Assembly: GCA_951406725.2 (NCBI GenBank)
Contig: OX597823.1
Location: 94,116,001 to 94,180,000 of the forward strand
Direction: 5' to 3'
Source: Octopus vulgaris
Taxonomy: Eukaryota
Length of the DNA stretch: 64,000 bases
The translations under genes were made by a program, and so were the position numbers. Each line of letters begins with the position of its first letter. Positions within the stretch are counted from its first letter, which is position 1. Under the pieces are notes generated by a model. That model was not told where the DNA came from and did no database searches. It saw nothing but the letters and a program-made list of their open reading frames with translations. This document shows, piece after piece, positions 39,041-51,993 of the stretch.

Positions 39041-39564
39041 AAAATAAGTAATCCATTCCATTACTGAAGAGTTCATCAATGAAGGGAAGTAACTGGCATT
39101 TGATAATCCGCAAAGGCAGGTCAATCCGAAGTAGAACTTTCAGTTTGGCGTAATATCATAAATTGAAAAAGAAAGCGGACAAATCGATTGTATGGTCTCG
39201 CTATAGAGTTTGATTAAGCGATTTCGTTGTTACTGTGACAGAGAATCGAACATTCAGTTGTATAAGACGTGTAATGTCTGTAAGATTACGCAGTACATTC
39301 CAATTATCTCCCAACTCATCAGGCCAACCATATGCATGCCTGTAATCGATATGCTGTCAGGTTAATCTAACAACGAATACGTTGTCAGCGTAGCGTATGG
39401 CTGGTCTGATCAGGTGGAAGATTTTTTGTAATTCATTGCATAATCTTACAGAATTTGCCCGGCTTACATAATTGAATGTGCGGTGTTACGTCACTATAAA
39501 ATCTCTTACTGAAACGTTGCAGCGATACCATATAATCAATCTCTTCGTCTATTCCAATCACCTA

Positions 39565-39624
<60 letters not shown>

Positions 39625-39714
39625 GTTGAAAATTACAGAAAAGCAAAAGACGAAGACAGGTGTATAAACAACAAGCAGGTGTATTTATTTTGACGCTCGG
39701 AAAGGTGAGAAAGT

Positions 39715-39750
39715 CTTTTACGTTTCGAGCCTGCGCTCTTCAACAGAACG
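39715..39750 (-). ncRNA. Minimal hammerhead, A6>U core variant
   Basis: Reverse complement cgtt CTGTTGA a gagc-gcag-gctc GAA ACGT A aaag. Confidence 0.65.
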
Positions 39751-39974
39751 GAACACGAGGAGATAAACAGAGAGAGAAAAACACTTGGGGATTTACCGGT
39801 CAATCATAGCGACTATGTGTGTGTGTGTGTGTGTATCGTCGATGTCATAAGAATTTAGAAACGTCGAGAAAATGCGAAATAATACGGAAATAAATTTTAA
39901 AATATTTAGAATAGAAAACATCGACGGCTGCCCGTGTAACTCGAGCTCACATCTGTGAACTTTACAGGCGTTCT

Positions 39975-40030
<56 letters not shown>

Positions 40031-40035
<5 letters not shown>

Positions 40036-40105
40036 AAATGGCTGACGACTAGTATCACGCTCGAAACTTAAGAATATCAACGAATTTGAATCAAACTGTT
40101 TTGAT

Positions 40106-40155
<50 letters not shown>

Positions 40156-40230
40156 ATCAAAACAGTTTGATTCAAATTCGTTGATATTCTTAAGTTTCGA
40201 GCGTGATACTAGTCGTCAGCCATTTTAAAT
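40031..40230. repeat. Perfect palindrome (78-bp arms) around (TA)n, arms with degenerate HHR
   Basis: 40031-40108 is the exact reverse complement of 40153-40230; arm contains tgg CTGACGA ctagtatcacgctc GAA ACTTAAGAAT A tca. Confidence 0.85.
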
Positions 40231-40235
40231 TTGAA

Positions 40236-40275
40236 TGCTGAAGACAAGCATCACGCTTGAAACTCAAGAGTACCA
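40236..40275 (+). ncRNA. Hammerhead ribozyme motif
   Basis: tg CTGAAGA c aagc-atcac-gctt GAA ACTC-AA-GAGT A cca; canonical core, helix I eroded. Confidence 0.65.
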
Positions 40276-40441
40276 ACGAATTTGAATCAAACTCTTTTAA
40301 TACATACATGTAACTCCCAATAAACTTGTTGAGTGTCCTTCTTTCGTTTGTCAACTCACTCGTATTTATATACATGATAGATAGTTAGCCACTACACATA
40401 TGTTTTCTCTCCTTGTTTCTCTCCTTGTTTTTTCTGTGTCC

Positions 40442-40477
40442 CTTTCTGTAGAAGAGCGTGGGCTCGAAACGTAAAAG
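40442..40477 (+). ncRNA. Minimal hammerhead, A6>U core variant
   Basis: cttt CTGTAGA a gagc-gtgg-gctc GAA ACGT A aaag; helix I cttt/aaag. Confidence 0.7.
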
Positions 40478-40592
40478 ACTGTTTTCAATTGCTGAGCGTT
40501 ATACTAATACATCTGTTTTGTTTTGTACACCACCTGTCTTCATCTTTTGTTTTTTTCGTAAACTAGCGACTGAAACAAGTAAAGTATAAAAG

Positions 40593-40647
<55 letters not shown>

Positions 40648-41661
40648 TGAGTGAGTGAGTGAGTGAGTGAGTGAGTGAGTGAGTGAGTGAGTGAGTGAGT
40701 GAGTGAGTGAGTGACTGAGTGAATGAGTGAGTGAGTGAGAAGAAATTACGAATATACTTTCCTCCTTCTTCCGTTTGGTTATAAGCACAGGCCCTACGTT
40801 CCACCCACCCTCAAACACCCACCTCTCCCAGCCAACTTCCCGCTCTATAACTTCCTCGTTTATTCTTTTATGAACCATCAATCACACAGGAACCATCTTT
40901 TCAACGCCTTTCTTCGGATATTTAAAATTAAGAAGAAAAAAATACATTAATGTGTTCAGGATTTCTTCAGATTAAATTTTACAATATTCATCTTGCAAGT
41001 ACTAAAAAATATTTTCCCGTTATTCTTTCCTACATAAAATCTGCCATTTCTATATATCTTTCCCGTTTCCTTTCATCGCTGCTTCATATATTTTCGTTCC
41101 ATTCTTTGTTAATAAACATAATCATTTCTCCACTTTCGTACAAATTCATTATACACCAAAGAAAACTAGCAAATATAAAATACAGTGTGTATACAGTCAC
41201 ATGCTTTAAATAATATTCAATGTTTTGTGTGTTGTTTATGGAATGATCGTTAATAAATTCTATGGTATTTTTCCTTGTTTTGCTTTTAATAACGAAATTT
41301 ATGTCGTGTTTTTTTTCTTTGTTCTTTATTTTGATTTTAAAGTTTATAATTCTTTTACGTTCTTTTCATATCCACGAATACGCTATCTGTCTTTCCTTCC
41401 CCGTATCTTCCTTCTGTGTGTGCGTGTATGTATTTGTGCATATATTATCATATGTATATATATATACATATGTCTATACATATATATATATGATAATATA
41501 TGCACACATACACACACACACACAAACATACATATATATATATATATATGCATACATCCATATATACACACGTACACACACATGCAAACATGCATATCCA
41601 TATGTCTATACATATATACATATGATAATATATGCACCCATAAACACACACACACGCACAC

Positions 41662-41693
<32 letters not shown>

Positions 41694-41774
41694 GCATACA
41701 TCCACATACACACAGGTGTATATATGTGTATATATATATATATCTATACGTGTGCGTACGTATAATATTAATTT

Positions 41775-41910
41775 AGAATTTTGACACATGGCCAGCAATT
41801 TCAGTGGAGGGGATAAGTCGATTACATCGACCCCAGTGCGTAACTGGTACTTATATTATAGACCCCGAAAAGACGAAAGGCAAAGTGGACCAAGGCGGAA
41901 TTTGATAACA
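41775..41910 (-). mobile_element. SINE family B fragment
   Basis: gtcgattacatcgaccccagtgcgtaactggtactt. Confidence 0.75.
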
Positions 41911-43099
41911 GGACGAAGTCAGATTAGACGAGATATAATGAAATTACCAACTCAGGCGGTATGTTTTGTCAATGGACAGTTGAGAGCATGCACACTCAGA
42001 GTTAAGGGAATATACATAGAAACATACAGAAAAACAGGTGGGGATATATTTAAAAACCGATCACTCAGCCAAAAACAAGTTGAAATAGTCTTACGTACCT
42101 CCGCCACTACACTTGCGCCCCCAGTGTTTACTACGTCAGAGAAATACAAAAATGACTATCAGTAACATAGGAAACCATGGAGGGTCATCCTATTTGTATC
42201 GCAGTATGCACTGGGGGATTGTAGATTACATAGTCTTTTCAAATGGCTAATAATGTGTGCGCGCGCCGCTACTACACACATTGGAAAGCATTGTACAACC
42301 AAGCACTAAAGAAGATCTTTCCTCCTCCATGAAACAAAGCTGTTCCCGCTTGACCTCAACTCAGTATTTCTAAGCTACGGACCGAGTGATTTATTGTATG
42401 GTTATCTCCCCAGACAGATTGCCTTCACTACGGCTAAGGAGCCCTTTCTACCCCACTGACACAGGTTGTAATGGTTTACAGTTTACCAGTAATGGGATCC
42501 GATGCTGCATACAACGGACCTGACCTGACATACTGTTGTTGTAGAGCTGAAAACGAGGTAATTTCCACTCTGGAAGACATCAGCTCATGATACCAGAGGG
42601 CGCACCCTGATGTAATCTCCATGGATACAAGCATCCAGCAACAGGACCTCTGTAATGCTATGATGGACTGTGAAGCCTGGTGTAACATAGTAAATTCCAT
42701 TGTCTCGACCACGGTTGAACAATGATGATGATGGGGGATTGTAAGATGAGAGAGGGCAACACGACTCGAGATGAAGTCGGAAGAGATAGGATGAATTTGC
42801 AAACTTGATGCTCCCCATCCACTCATAATTCACGAGATATTTCTAGAGTTGTGCTCAGTTAAGGGCACCGAGATAGAAGGTACAAGCTTGGAGTTTCACA
42901 GCAAAACATCTAATTGTTATAGAAGAGGTAACAAAAGATGCTTGCAGGCCTTTGGAGGACTAGATAAGCAGAGGAGAGAGGTAAACGCTGGTGCTGTACC
43001 GTATCTGCCCCAGAGTACTAATTGTCAAATTTGACATCGGAGGGATTGGAACTCATAACTGGAATAAACACCACGAGGTGTCGTATAGACAAACATTCG

Positions 43100-45190
43100 C
43101 AAAATAAAGATAATAATATTCTTCGGAGTTTTTAATGGAATCAATAACGGAAATACTTGAATTGCAGAAGGGAAACCAATACTTCAAGAATGGAACCTAA
43201 TAAAAACGGGACAGTACAATCAAAGACAACCTGAATCACAAAGAATCATATTGGATATAAGTCGACAGAGGTTGTGATTCTTTTGTAAAAACAGATTTTT
43301 ATCAAGAACTAAATAGAAATCCGTGCAGCTTCAGTAACAAGAGAATTTGAAGAATTTTAGGGTTAAGTATGAACGTGATGGGATCAGACGACAACAGACA
43401 ACTGGAAATAACAATCAAAGATTCTAAACAATCAAGGAAAGTTTTATAAACTGAAAAAAGCATCCCAGACACAATTAATTACGAACGGCAGAAAAGAAGC
43501 AGGAACTTGCGGTTTAAATAGTTAACAGCCATACATAAGGTATTGGCAAAAGTATTCAGCAGCAGCAGCATGAAAGCAATGGAAGTCGACTGACACGCTG
43601 AAGCGAAACATCGTGTTATTGCTCATCAGTTAGGAAACAACAAACAATAAAGACTACAAACACATTACCGGCCATGCTACAGCTTACAAAGTATTGAGTA
43701 ATATTACAGAGGGAAAAAACAACACTCGTATCTCGACGAGCACAAGAGAAGTTGCTAATATTCAAATGGTTATCAATATCGATTAGTGATCAATAAAACC
43801 ATAAATGATGACAGTGGAAGAAGAAAGAAATGTTTGAGATGGCTTGGAATGGTCACTAAAAGGTTTTTGAGAGGTTTTCTCCACATATGGATCGTGTAAA
43901 CATTTTGTGATGTATCGATACGTCTATAATAGGAACAATAGATATTTTATAAATAAATGGAGAAAAAGGTGAATTCCATAAACAATATCCATGTTCCATC
44001 AGAATAACATTATTCCAAACCCTTTCTGGTTTCCATTTCTTTTAAGCCGGCGTTAATACTTTTAACTTAAACATTAAATCAGAGTGAACCCGGATGTAAA
44101 TCGTATTGAAAGACAATCAGGAGTCTTTTGTATGTGGACGACCTCAAATTGTTTGTTGCAGACGATAAATAACAAGAAACACTTTCACAGACTGTAGGAC
44201 ATTGATAAAGTAGAATGATTGATGTAAGAATACAATTTTTATTGGAAAATGTACCAAAGTAAGAATGGAGGAAGTGAAGTTGATTAAAAACACTTATAAC
44301 GTGTTAGATAAAAAATAATAATAATAATAAAGTAGAAATAAGAGATTTAGACAAAGTAACGAATTACAAATACTTGAGAATCAATGAACTAGACATTGTA
44401 AAACACATACATATTAAAGAAAAGATTAAGAAGGATTATTGTTCGAGCATTAGATGAATACATAAAACTATGTAATAATCCGGCTGTCCCAGTAATAAGT
44501 TATGGTAATAATATTCTCAACTATAAGTTAAATCAACTTGTGAGACCGGACAGGAAATATAACAAAGATTATGAATGTATTTTTAATTCACCATAAAATA
44601 TCTGACAATAAAATTATTAACATTCTACAGAATAGTTGGAGCGTTTTGCAACGAGAAATCTATTTTAAAATATTCATTATGGTGTTATAGAAATATCTAT
44701 TTAAAATATACATTGTAGGACTAAGAAAATATATTGTAAAGAATAATGGAAAACTATTACAATTGCTGCAAAACAGAAACAAAACAAACAACAGTTTCCT
44801 GTCTTCGAGGAAGTCAATACGTACAAAACAAAGACTTAAATGAGAAACGGTAATGAATCGTGGGGTAAGTAACAATAGAAAGGGTGAAAAGGGAAATGTT
44901 AAAGTAAAAATGTTGCTAAACTTTGCATTGCTGAAACGATGGCAAGAAATCCCTTTATGGCAGATAAATGAGAAAATTGAAGAAGGGTGGAAATGCAGAA
45001 ATATTTCAGCATTGACTGAAGTGGATATCGAGGGATTGTTTAATGCGGCAGAGAAACTGCTCAAAGCATGGAGAGAACCAGAATACAAGACACCAAGAAC
45101 ATTGTTACTGTCTGTCCAGTCGTATTCAAAACAAGAATTCATCTGCAGACAGGATGAAGTTGAGGTTTGCATAGATTGGAAATTGTCGGT
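43100..45190 (+). mobile_element. Highly degenerate R4/Dong-like non-LTR retrotransposon (RT region)
   Basis: LLYVDDLKLF at 44125-44154, YKYL at 44365-44376, TAYKVLSNI near 43680; many stops and frameshifts; boundaries approximate. Confidence 0.7.
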
Positions 45191-45395
45191 AAGCTGGAAG
45201 AAACGGACAAAATGTTTTGCAGCATTTCGTCCGTTATAATGTTCTGAGTTCAAATCCCGCTGAGATCGACTTTGCCTTTCATCCTCGTTTTAGAGGTCGA
45301 TAAAATAAGTACCGCACGAGCACTGGAGTCGTTGTAATAGACGTACCCTCTCTCCTCCAAATTAGTGTGCTCGTGCCAAAATTTGAAACCAATAT
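45190..45395 (+). mobile_element. SINE family B
   Basis: gttctgagttcaaatcccgctgagatcgactttgcctttcatcc...gtgccaaaatttgaaaccaat. Confidence 0.8.
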
Positions 45396-45513
45396 TATGA
45401 AATTTCAGCAGATTGAAGTGGTATAAACATAGAAGCGAAAAAGAGATTTTAAGAATGACAGGAATGACACAGGTGATAAATCAACACAAACACACACACA
45501 CACACACACACAC

Positions 45514-45576
<63 letters not shown>

Positions 45577-45685
45577 ATTCAGGGTGAATACTTGATAAGT
45601 GTAAGCACCTGTATATGCCAGCTAGTAGTAGAGGTGAGAGGGTATATGCATCAAATGAAATAAAAAACAGAACACAAAGGATGTC

Positions 45686-45777
45686 GCGGTACACGTGTTT
45701 CAAGCTTTATAAAACAACCTATTCTTACATCAATGTGTAATCAACATAACAGATGGTTTAAAGCTCTCTTCAGCCGC
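45686..45777 (-). ncRNA. Intact type-I hammerhead ribozyme (mirror copy)
   Basis: Reverse complement gcgg CTGAAGA gagcttta...taaagctt GAA ACACGTGT A ccgc. Confidence 0.85.
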
Positions 45778-46052
45778 ATGTAATTGCTATACCAAAGAAT
45801 TACATCATATTATGAAATTATGAAAAATCCGAAATGTACATTTGGTATTATCTATAATGGTGGGTATATTTAGTTTCACTGAGAAAGTATGTTTGTAAAT
45901 CTTCATAATCAAATATGTGTGTAGGGTACCATTGGACTTCAAAAATCACAGTGAATCTCAATATACCCACCATTATAGATAATACCAAATGTACATTTCG
46001 GATTTTTCATAATTTCATAATGTGATGTAATTCTTTGGTATAGCAATTGCAT

Positions 46053-46144
46053 GCGGCTGAAGAGAGCTTTAAACCATCTGTTATGTTGATTACACATTGA
46101 TCTAAGAACAGGTTGTTTTATAAAGCTTGAAACACGTGTACCGC
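46053..46144 (+). ncRNA. Intact type-I hammerhead ribozyme
   Basis: gcgg CTGAAGA gagcttta...taaagctt GAA ACACGTGT A ccgc; GUA at 46138-46140; 8-bp helix II with ~50-nt loop. Confidence 0.9.
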
Positions 46145-46186
46145 GACATCCTTTATGTTCTGTTTTTTTATTTCATTTGATGCATA

Positions 46187-46227
<41 letters not shown>

Positions 46228-46704
46228 GTACAGATATCAAAGATAATGAACCGGATATTTTTGTCAAAGACCCCAGTTAAGGAATTACATCTTAATCGGA
46301 ATATCAGTTCTTAAAGAATAGAATGTTTGCTGAACAAAGATGGAGTAATTATCCAAATACAAAGATTCGAAAGCAGAAGTATCCGTTATGTGTTGTGGAT
46401 TACATATAGAAGCAATCTTTATAACAACAGGGCCGTTGGAAATGATTATAAAATCATGCAATTGCAAAACAAAAAAAATATCTGCTCTCATGCACATTTG
46501 CAACATGCAGAAAGTAATGCTGCAAAACAACATTGTCCATATTAAATAGGATAGTTAAGAAACGGAATTTCATCATAGGACAATTGATTAATTCGAGTGA
46601 AAGTGAATGGCTGCGGCTCGCAATCATTTGCACCTGCTACTGAGGGAGAAGCAGATTTCCGTGAATTGCCAGTGGCTGGTGGTTACACAAGGACTGCAAC
46701 CTTA

Positions 46705-47010
46705 GTGGAGGCGCAATGGCCCAATGGTTAGGGCAGCGGACTCGCGGTCGGAGGATCGCGGTTTCGATTCCCAGACTGGGCGTTGTGTGTTTTTATTGAG
46801 CGAAAACACCTAAAGCACCACGAGGCTCCGGCAGGGGGGGGGCGACCTCTGTTGTACTCTTTCGCTCCAACTTTCTCTCACTCTTTCTTCCTGTTTCTTG
46901 TCCCCGACTTCCTACGCAACTGCTGAGCCTGGATGCGCGTTCATCCATCCGTCGATGCTCTCGGTCTCGGGAGTTGACCTGCTTTCTCTTCTGCGGGTCT
47001 TAAGATTAGC
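46705..47010 (+). mobile_element. tRNA-derived SINE family D
   Basis: gtggaggcgcaatggcccaatggttagggcagcggactcgcgg..gtttcgattcccagac..gagcgaaaacacctaaagc; second copy at 54335. Confidence 0.8.
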
Positions 47011-47285
47011 AAAGGACCACGTTTCAGACTTCTCCCATCTTGCGAGCTCTGGGACGAAGACTTTTCGCTCAACAGCAACCTTAGAAACTCTAAAATATTG
47101 GTGTCTTGGAAATCGCATTCAATCATCTTTTGTACGTCATTTCTTCAAAAGGTTTTCATACTCTGTCACTTTTTTCGCTCTTTTGGAAAAGCTGCTTCTG
47201 TTCGTATATCTAAAACTCGGGAAACCATGATGTGTCTGCGTGTAAGAGTAAATTTCTTTTCTCTTTCTATGTGTGTGTTTGTGTG

Positions 47286-47336
<51 letters not shown>

Positions 47337-48049
47337 GTGTGTGCGTGTGTTTCCTTACGTAGCAAGTTCCAAATAACAACATAATTTTGCAATATTTTGT
47401 TTCCAACCCAACCCAGTATTTCCCCACCCACCAACCTGTCCAGTCCTTGATTGCCTCCCTGAAAATGAAGGTCTTTCATATTTTCCGCTATTCATTCACA
47501 CAAATATTTAATTCATGCTTTTTTTTATCTTATTTTTCCAGACGTTGCCTTGGTGACTTCTTGCCACAACAGATCAAATCAAACAAAAATAAATTTGAAA
47601 ACGTTTAATAAAATTCTGTTTTGTTTTTAATTCAAAATGGTGTGATGTTCGATCATATGAACTCCACTTAGCATGTAAAATGAAGCTAGGAGACTTGACA
47701 TGTAAAAATATTCTTTAAAAAATTCGTAATAACCAACGACGTTATCTCAAATTTTTAAAAAATGCAAAATATTGACTAAAAATTTTGCTATTCTTTCAAA
47801 ATGGAACAAAAATTTATTAGATAAAGCTCATTGTTCTGTAAGCAGATTTACAAACGTAGAAACATAAATCATTTTTTGAAATTTAAAACTTAAATTGCTG
47901 ACAGTATTAAAAACTCCATGTATATTTTCGATTATATATTGTACGTTTAACGTTTCTTATTTAATACGGGTTTGAATATTACACAGAATAACGTGAGATT
48001 GTTTATCATGTGAGATTGTTTATAAGATATTTAGTTGCACTAAAATTAT

Positions 48050-48460
48050 TTCAAATTTTCGGCACAACGTCAGCAATTTCGAAGGAGGGTGCAAGTTGAT
48101 TACATCAACCCCAATACTCAATTGATACAAATAAATGTAAAATCAACTTCGGTGGGATTTGAACTCGGACGAAATGCTACTAAGCATTTTACTCGACGTG
48201 CTAACGGTTCTGCCAGCTCGCCGACTTGTTAAATTACACAATATTTCCTGTGTTTCACTTTTACTATTTTACTTGTTTCAGTCATTTGACTGTGGCCATG
48301 CTGGAGCACCGCCTTTAGTCGAGCAAATCGACCCCAGGACTTATTCTATCGGCCTCTTTTGCCGAACCGCTAAGTTACGGGGACGTAAACACACCAGCAT
48401 CGGTTATCAAGCGATGTTGGGGGGGGGGACAAACACAGACACATAAACATATACACACGC

Positions 48461-48491
<31 letters not shown>

Positions 48492-48650
48492 CGACAGGCT
48501 TCTTTCAGTTTCCGTCTACCAAATCCACTCACAAGGCTTTGGTCGGCCCGGGGCTATAGCAGAAAACACTTGCCCAAAATGCCACGCAGTGGGACTGAAC
48601 CCGGAACCATGTGGTTCGTAAGCAAGCTACTTACCACACAGCCACTCCTA
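48050..48650 (-). mobile_element. SINE B fragment (48050-48225) and full SINE A (48255-48650)
   Basis: Reverse complements of the family B and A sequences. Confidence 0.85.
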
Positions 48651-49049
48651 CGACTTGTTAACAACATGATTTTTTTTTTTTTTTAATTGGAAATATTCAA
48701 ACGACGCATTGAGTATAAGAGCAGTAGTAAAACCATAATGAAAAAAGAGGCATACATTGGATAATGCAGTCCAGAATTTTCCTCCTCTGTAAACCATTCA
48801 AAACTGAACTCATGTCGACATTCCTGGAATATCACATTGACGTCAAGGCAACGCCTCAGAAACTGTTGCCCCAAACTGATAACAAATTTATTTTTTATGC
48901 TCCAAACATCACCATTCATTCATAATCAACCGAATTTCCCCCCACAAATCACTGTAGACCAAGATGTATCTAAAAAGACGAGATGGTCGTGGCAGGAAGG
49001 TTGTTCATCACCTAACTGTTCAGTCGGTGTCATACTGATGCAAATCAAC

Positions 49050-49405
49050 ATCAGTAACATGGAGCTAGCAAATAAAATAAAAGATCCCAACATCAACATC
49101 AAGATACAGGACCAGATACTGCAACATCTCAGGTTTCAAGGGACATCAGCTCTTTATATTATCCTGCCAAAAAATCTGAGAGACCTGTAGGGGATGGATG
49201 TAGGGGTCTTCAAACCAAAACAGGGTTTCCTCCAGTCATGAATTCCGAATGAGCCTACAGCGCGACAGGAAACTCCGACGGGGAAAAACAGCATCAAACT
49301 ACCTCATTTACCAAATGCCACGTATCAGAGGAGATGTAGCAAAGCTAAGGGCGATGCTGTCCCAGCATGGCCACAGCTCTCGAGCAGAAACTAGTGAAAG
49401 AGTTA
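49050..49405 (+). mobile_element. Degenerate CR1-group LINE 3' end
   Basis: GFKGHQLF..ILPKNLRDL.GMDVGVFK...IPNEPT resembles the GPxLFNxLPxxLR...FKxxLD...PDEP tail. Confidence 0.6.
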
Positions 49406-49899
49406 AAGAGTAGAATCAAATATAATATAACAAACTAAAATAACATACGAGTCACCCCTGCGAAACAATGATAACACTTCCTGGAGAGCAATTTCTTCAA
49501 CGTGGAATGTCTTATTTATTTTGTTGCGGGAGGAGGGGATTTTTTTGTAGACTGTTTCTCCATCGATCACACCCCCATCCTCACTCACCCACTTTCATAA
49601 CACATTCTGTCAATAATAGATATACAATATGAATGAATGAATGAATATCGTTTTTTATAACAGGCGCCATTATCTAGATTATATTTCTAGTTGTGCGATT
49701 TGACTTCACATATAAATACGTACACACGCACACACACACAGACACACATACAGTATATATACCTGTGTGTTTGTGTATGCGTGTGTGTGTGTGTTTATGT
49801 GTGTGTGGGTTTATGTGTGTGTGGGTGGTATAAATATACACACACGCGCGCGCACACGCACGACATATATTTACGTGTGTCGAATAATAATCTTTTAAT

Positions 49900-50070
49900 A
49901 TTGGTTTCAAATTTTGTCACAAGGCCAGCAATTTCAGGATAGAAGGTAAGTCGGTTACAGTGTTTTAATGGTACTTAATTTTTCACCCCGAAAGGATGAA
50001 AGGCAAAGTCGACCTCGATGGAATTTGAACTCAGAATGTAAAGGCAGAAGACATCCCGCTAAGCATTGTG
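49900..50070 (-). mobile_element. SINE family B
   Basis: ccccgaaaggatgaaaggcaaagtcgacctcgatggaatttgaactcagaat. Confidence 0.8.
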
Positions 50071-51100
50071 CTGCTTTAGAGTATTTCTGGTGAAACTCAC
50101 TGGTGGGCTCCCAGGTGCGCAAAGGCTATAACATATATATATTACAGTATTTTGCTATGAAGTGTTGTGCCATATTTTTTCTGAAGGTGTCATTCTTTGG
50201 GCACTTATAGAAGGGAAAGATCTTGAATCTTCCTTCTCAAGATATCGAACGACACTTCATAGCAAAATTCTCTCGCAAACTGAATGGTCGAAAATATAAA
50301 AATCACATCAACTTCCTTATAAACCCATCTGGAACCCTAAGATATGTGTGTGTGCGTATGTATATACATAAGTAGAGACATTCTTGCATCCAGATTTTCC
50401 AACCCATACTAGCATGGGAATCAAACATTGGACAATAACGATGATGATGATGATGATAATAATAAGTCGAGACACTTTTTTGAAAAATAACTTTCATTAT
50501 TCCTCATCAAAATATACCCCCTGTTAGAGTAACCACTTGGTCTTGCCATTTTTACAGACCAAGAATCAACTTGTCATCTTCTATTGAAAGAACTGACCAA
50601 CTGTATAGATATAAACACATTTTGTTTTTTCTTTCTTCCTTTCTTTATTTCCTTCTCTTTTCTATTGTCATTAAGAAAAAACAGTTTTTTACTTTGAAAA
50701 CATTTTTCTTTCAGACCTCCCTGTTGAGTTGGCTGAATCAAGAAAGCATCTGTTCCAACCATCTACTAAAAACATTCTTTTTCTTTATCTCCTGTGCAAA
50801 ACAATACCTTTCACATACACACACACACACACTCTCTCTCTCACTTTCTCCCACCACTATCTCCCCATTCCTATTCCACTTTTCCTCCCCTATACACTCC
50901 ACATTACTCTTCTTTCCTCCCTCTCCCTCCACCCCTACCTATTCACTAATACTATTAAGAGAGACAAATCTCTTCACACAATTTAAATCTGAAGAGTCTA
51001 TTAGAGTAGAAGAAAATATGTCATTTGTAAAAACAAATGACGTTAATAAATATTTATATGTGTACAACCATCCAGATCTCTGAATACCTTATTTTTTCTA

Positions 51101-51258
<158 letters not shown>

Positions 51259-51492
51259 GTATATATAGACGATGAGTGAGAGCTAAATACGCTAAGTATA
51301 GAAAACATGCCGTACTGCTCAAATTAATTTGAATTCATACTCCAAATTCTCCATCCAGAACGTCCATGGCGTCAAGTGCAACTTTAAGAGAAATCCAAGG
51401 TGAACTGATGTCGAAGTGATGCAAATATACACGCATGCATACACACATATACATATATATACGAATAGATACACACACACTCACACGCGCAC

Positions 51493-51532
<40 letters not shown>

Positions 51533-51635
51533 ATATATATATGTATGTATATGCATATATACGCATGGATACATATATATAGATATATTCAGACAGAAAG
51601 ATGCATATACATACATATACAACTTTTCCAAACTT

Positions 51636-51993
51636 TTTCCAGATGAAGGAAGCAGGTAATATCTCAGTGTGACTGTTTACTGGTTGCATACTGTTGTGGA
51701 AGTTTTCCAGTCACGCCCATGTGACTAAAAGTAAACTGTCCCATTGCTATAGAATAAAGAACTGCCAGCAGTTGAGAGAAGGCAGTTCACTATGACCCGT
51801 TCGCAGAGAGTGCTGAGTCTCGTGTAATAGTAATCGTATTGCGCCGTGTAAATTCTTTCACTCGTGCTTCGTTAAATTAGAAATCCAACACCAGGATATA
51901 AAATATACCCTAGACTTTTTCCACATTCCATCACCAAATTATGAACATTACAATTACTATGTAAATCCTGGCTTCCTGAAACAGATGTCGAGT
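51636..51993 (+). ncRNA. Hammerhead-like motif with ~310-nt insert in helix II
   Basis: ttc CAGATGA aggaagcagg ...~310 nt... cctggcttcct GAA ACAGATGT C gag; 10-bp helix II base with one bulge; U4>A. Confidence 0.55.

Larger units (their letters stand above)
39625..40563. mobile_element. Inverted PLE-like pLTR pair enclosing a second HHR family
   Basis: Arms ~39625-39780 (-) and ~40400-40563 (+); flanked by (CA/TA)n and (GT)n. Confidence 0.75.
45575..46186. mobile_element. Fold-back PLE-like pLTR pair in (TA)n
   Basis: Arms ~45644-45869 and ~45960-46186 are near-perfect reverse complements; left arm extends ~70 bp further; (TA)n on both sides. Confidence 0.85.

Noticed and set aside
42180-42960. 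Possible LINE 5' region or exon
   Set aside because: No motif I can recognise confidently; left unannotated
44660-45253. 128-aa and 197-aa overlapping ORFs
   Set aside because: Lie in the decayed R4/Dong-like element and run into a SINE
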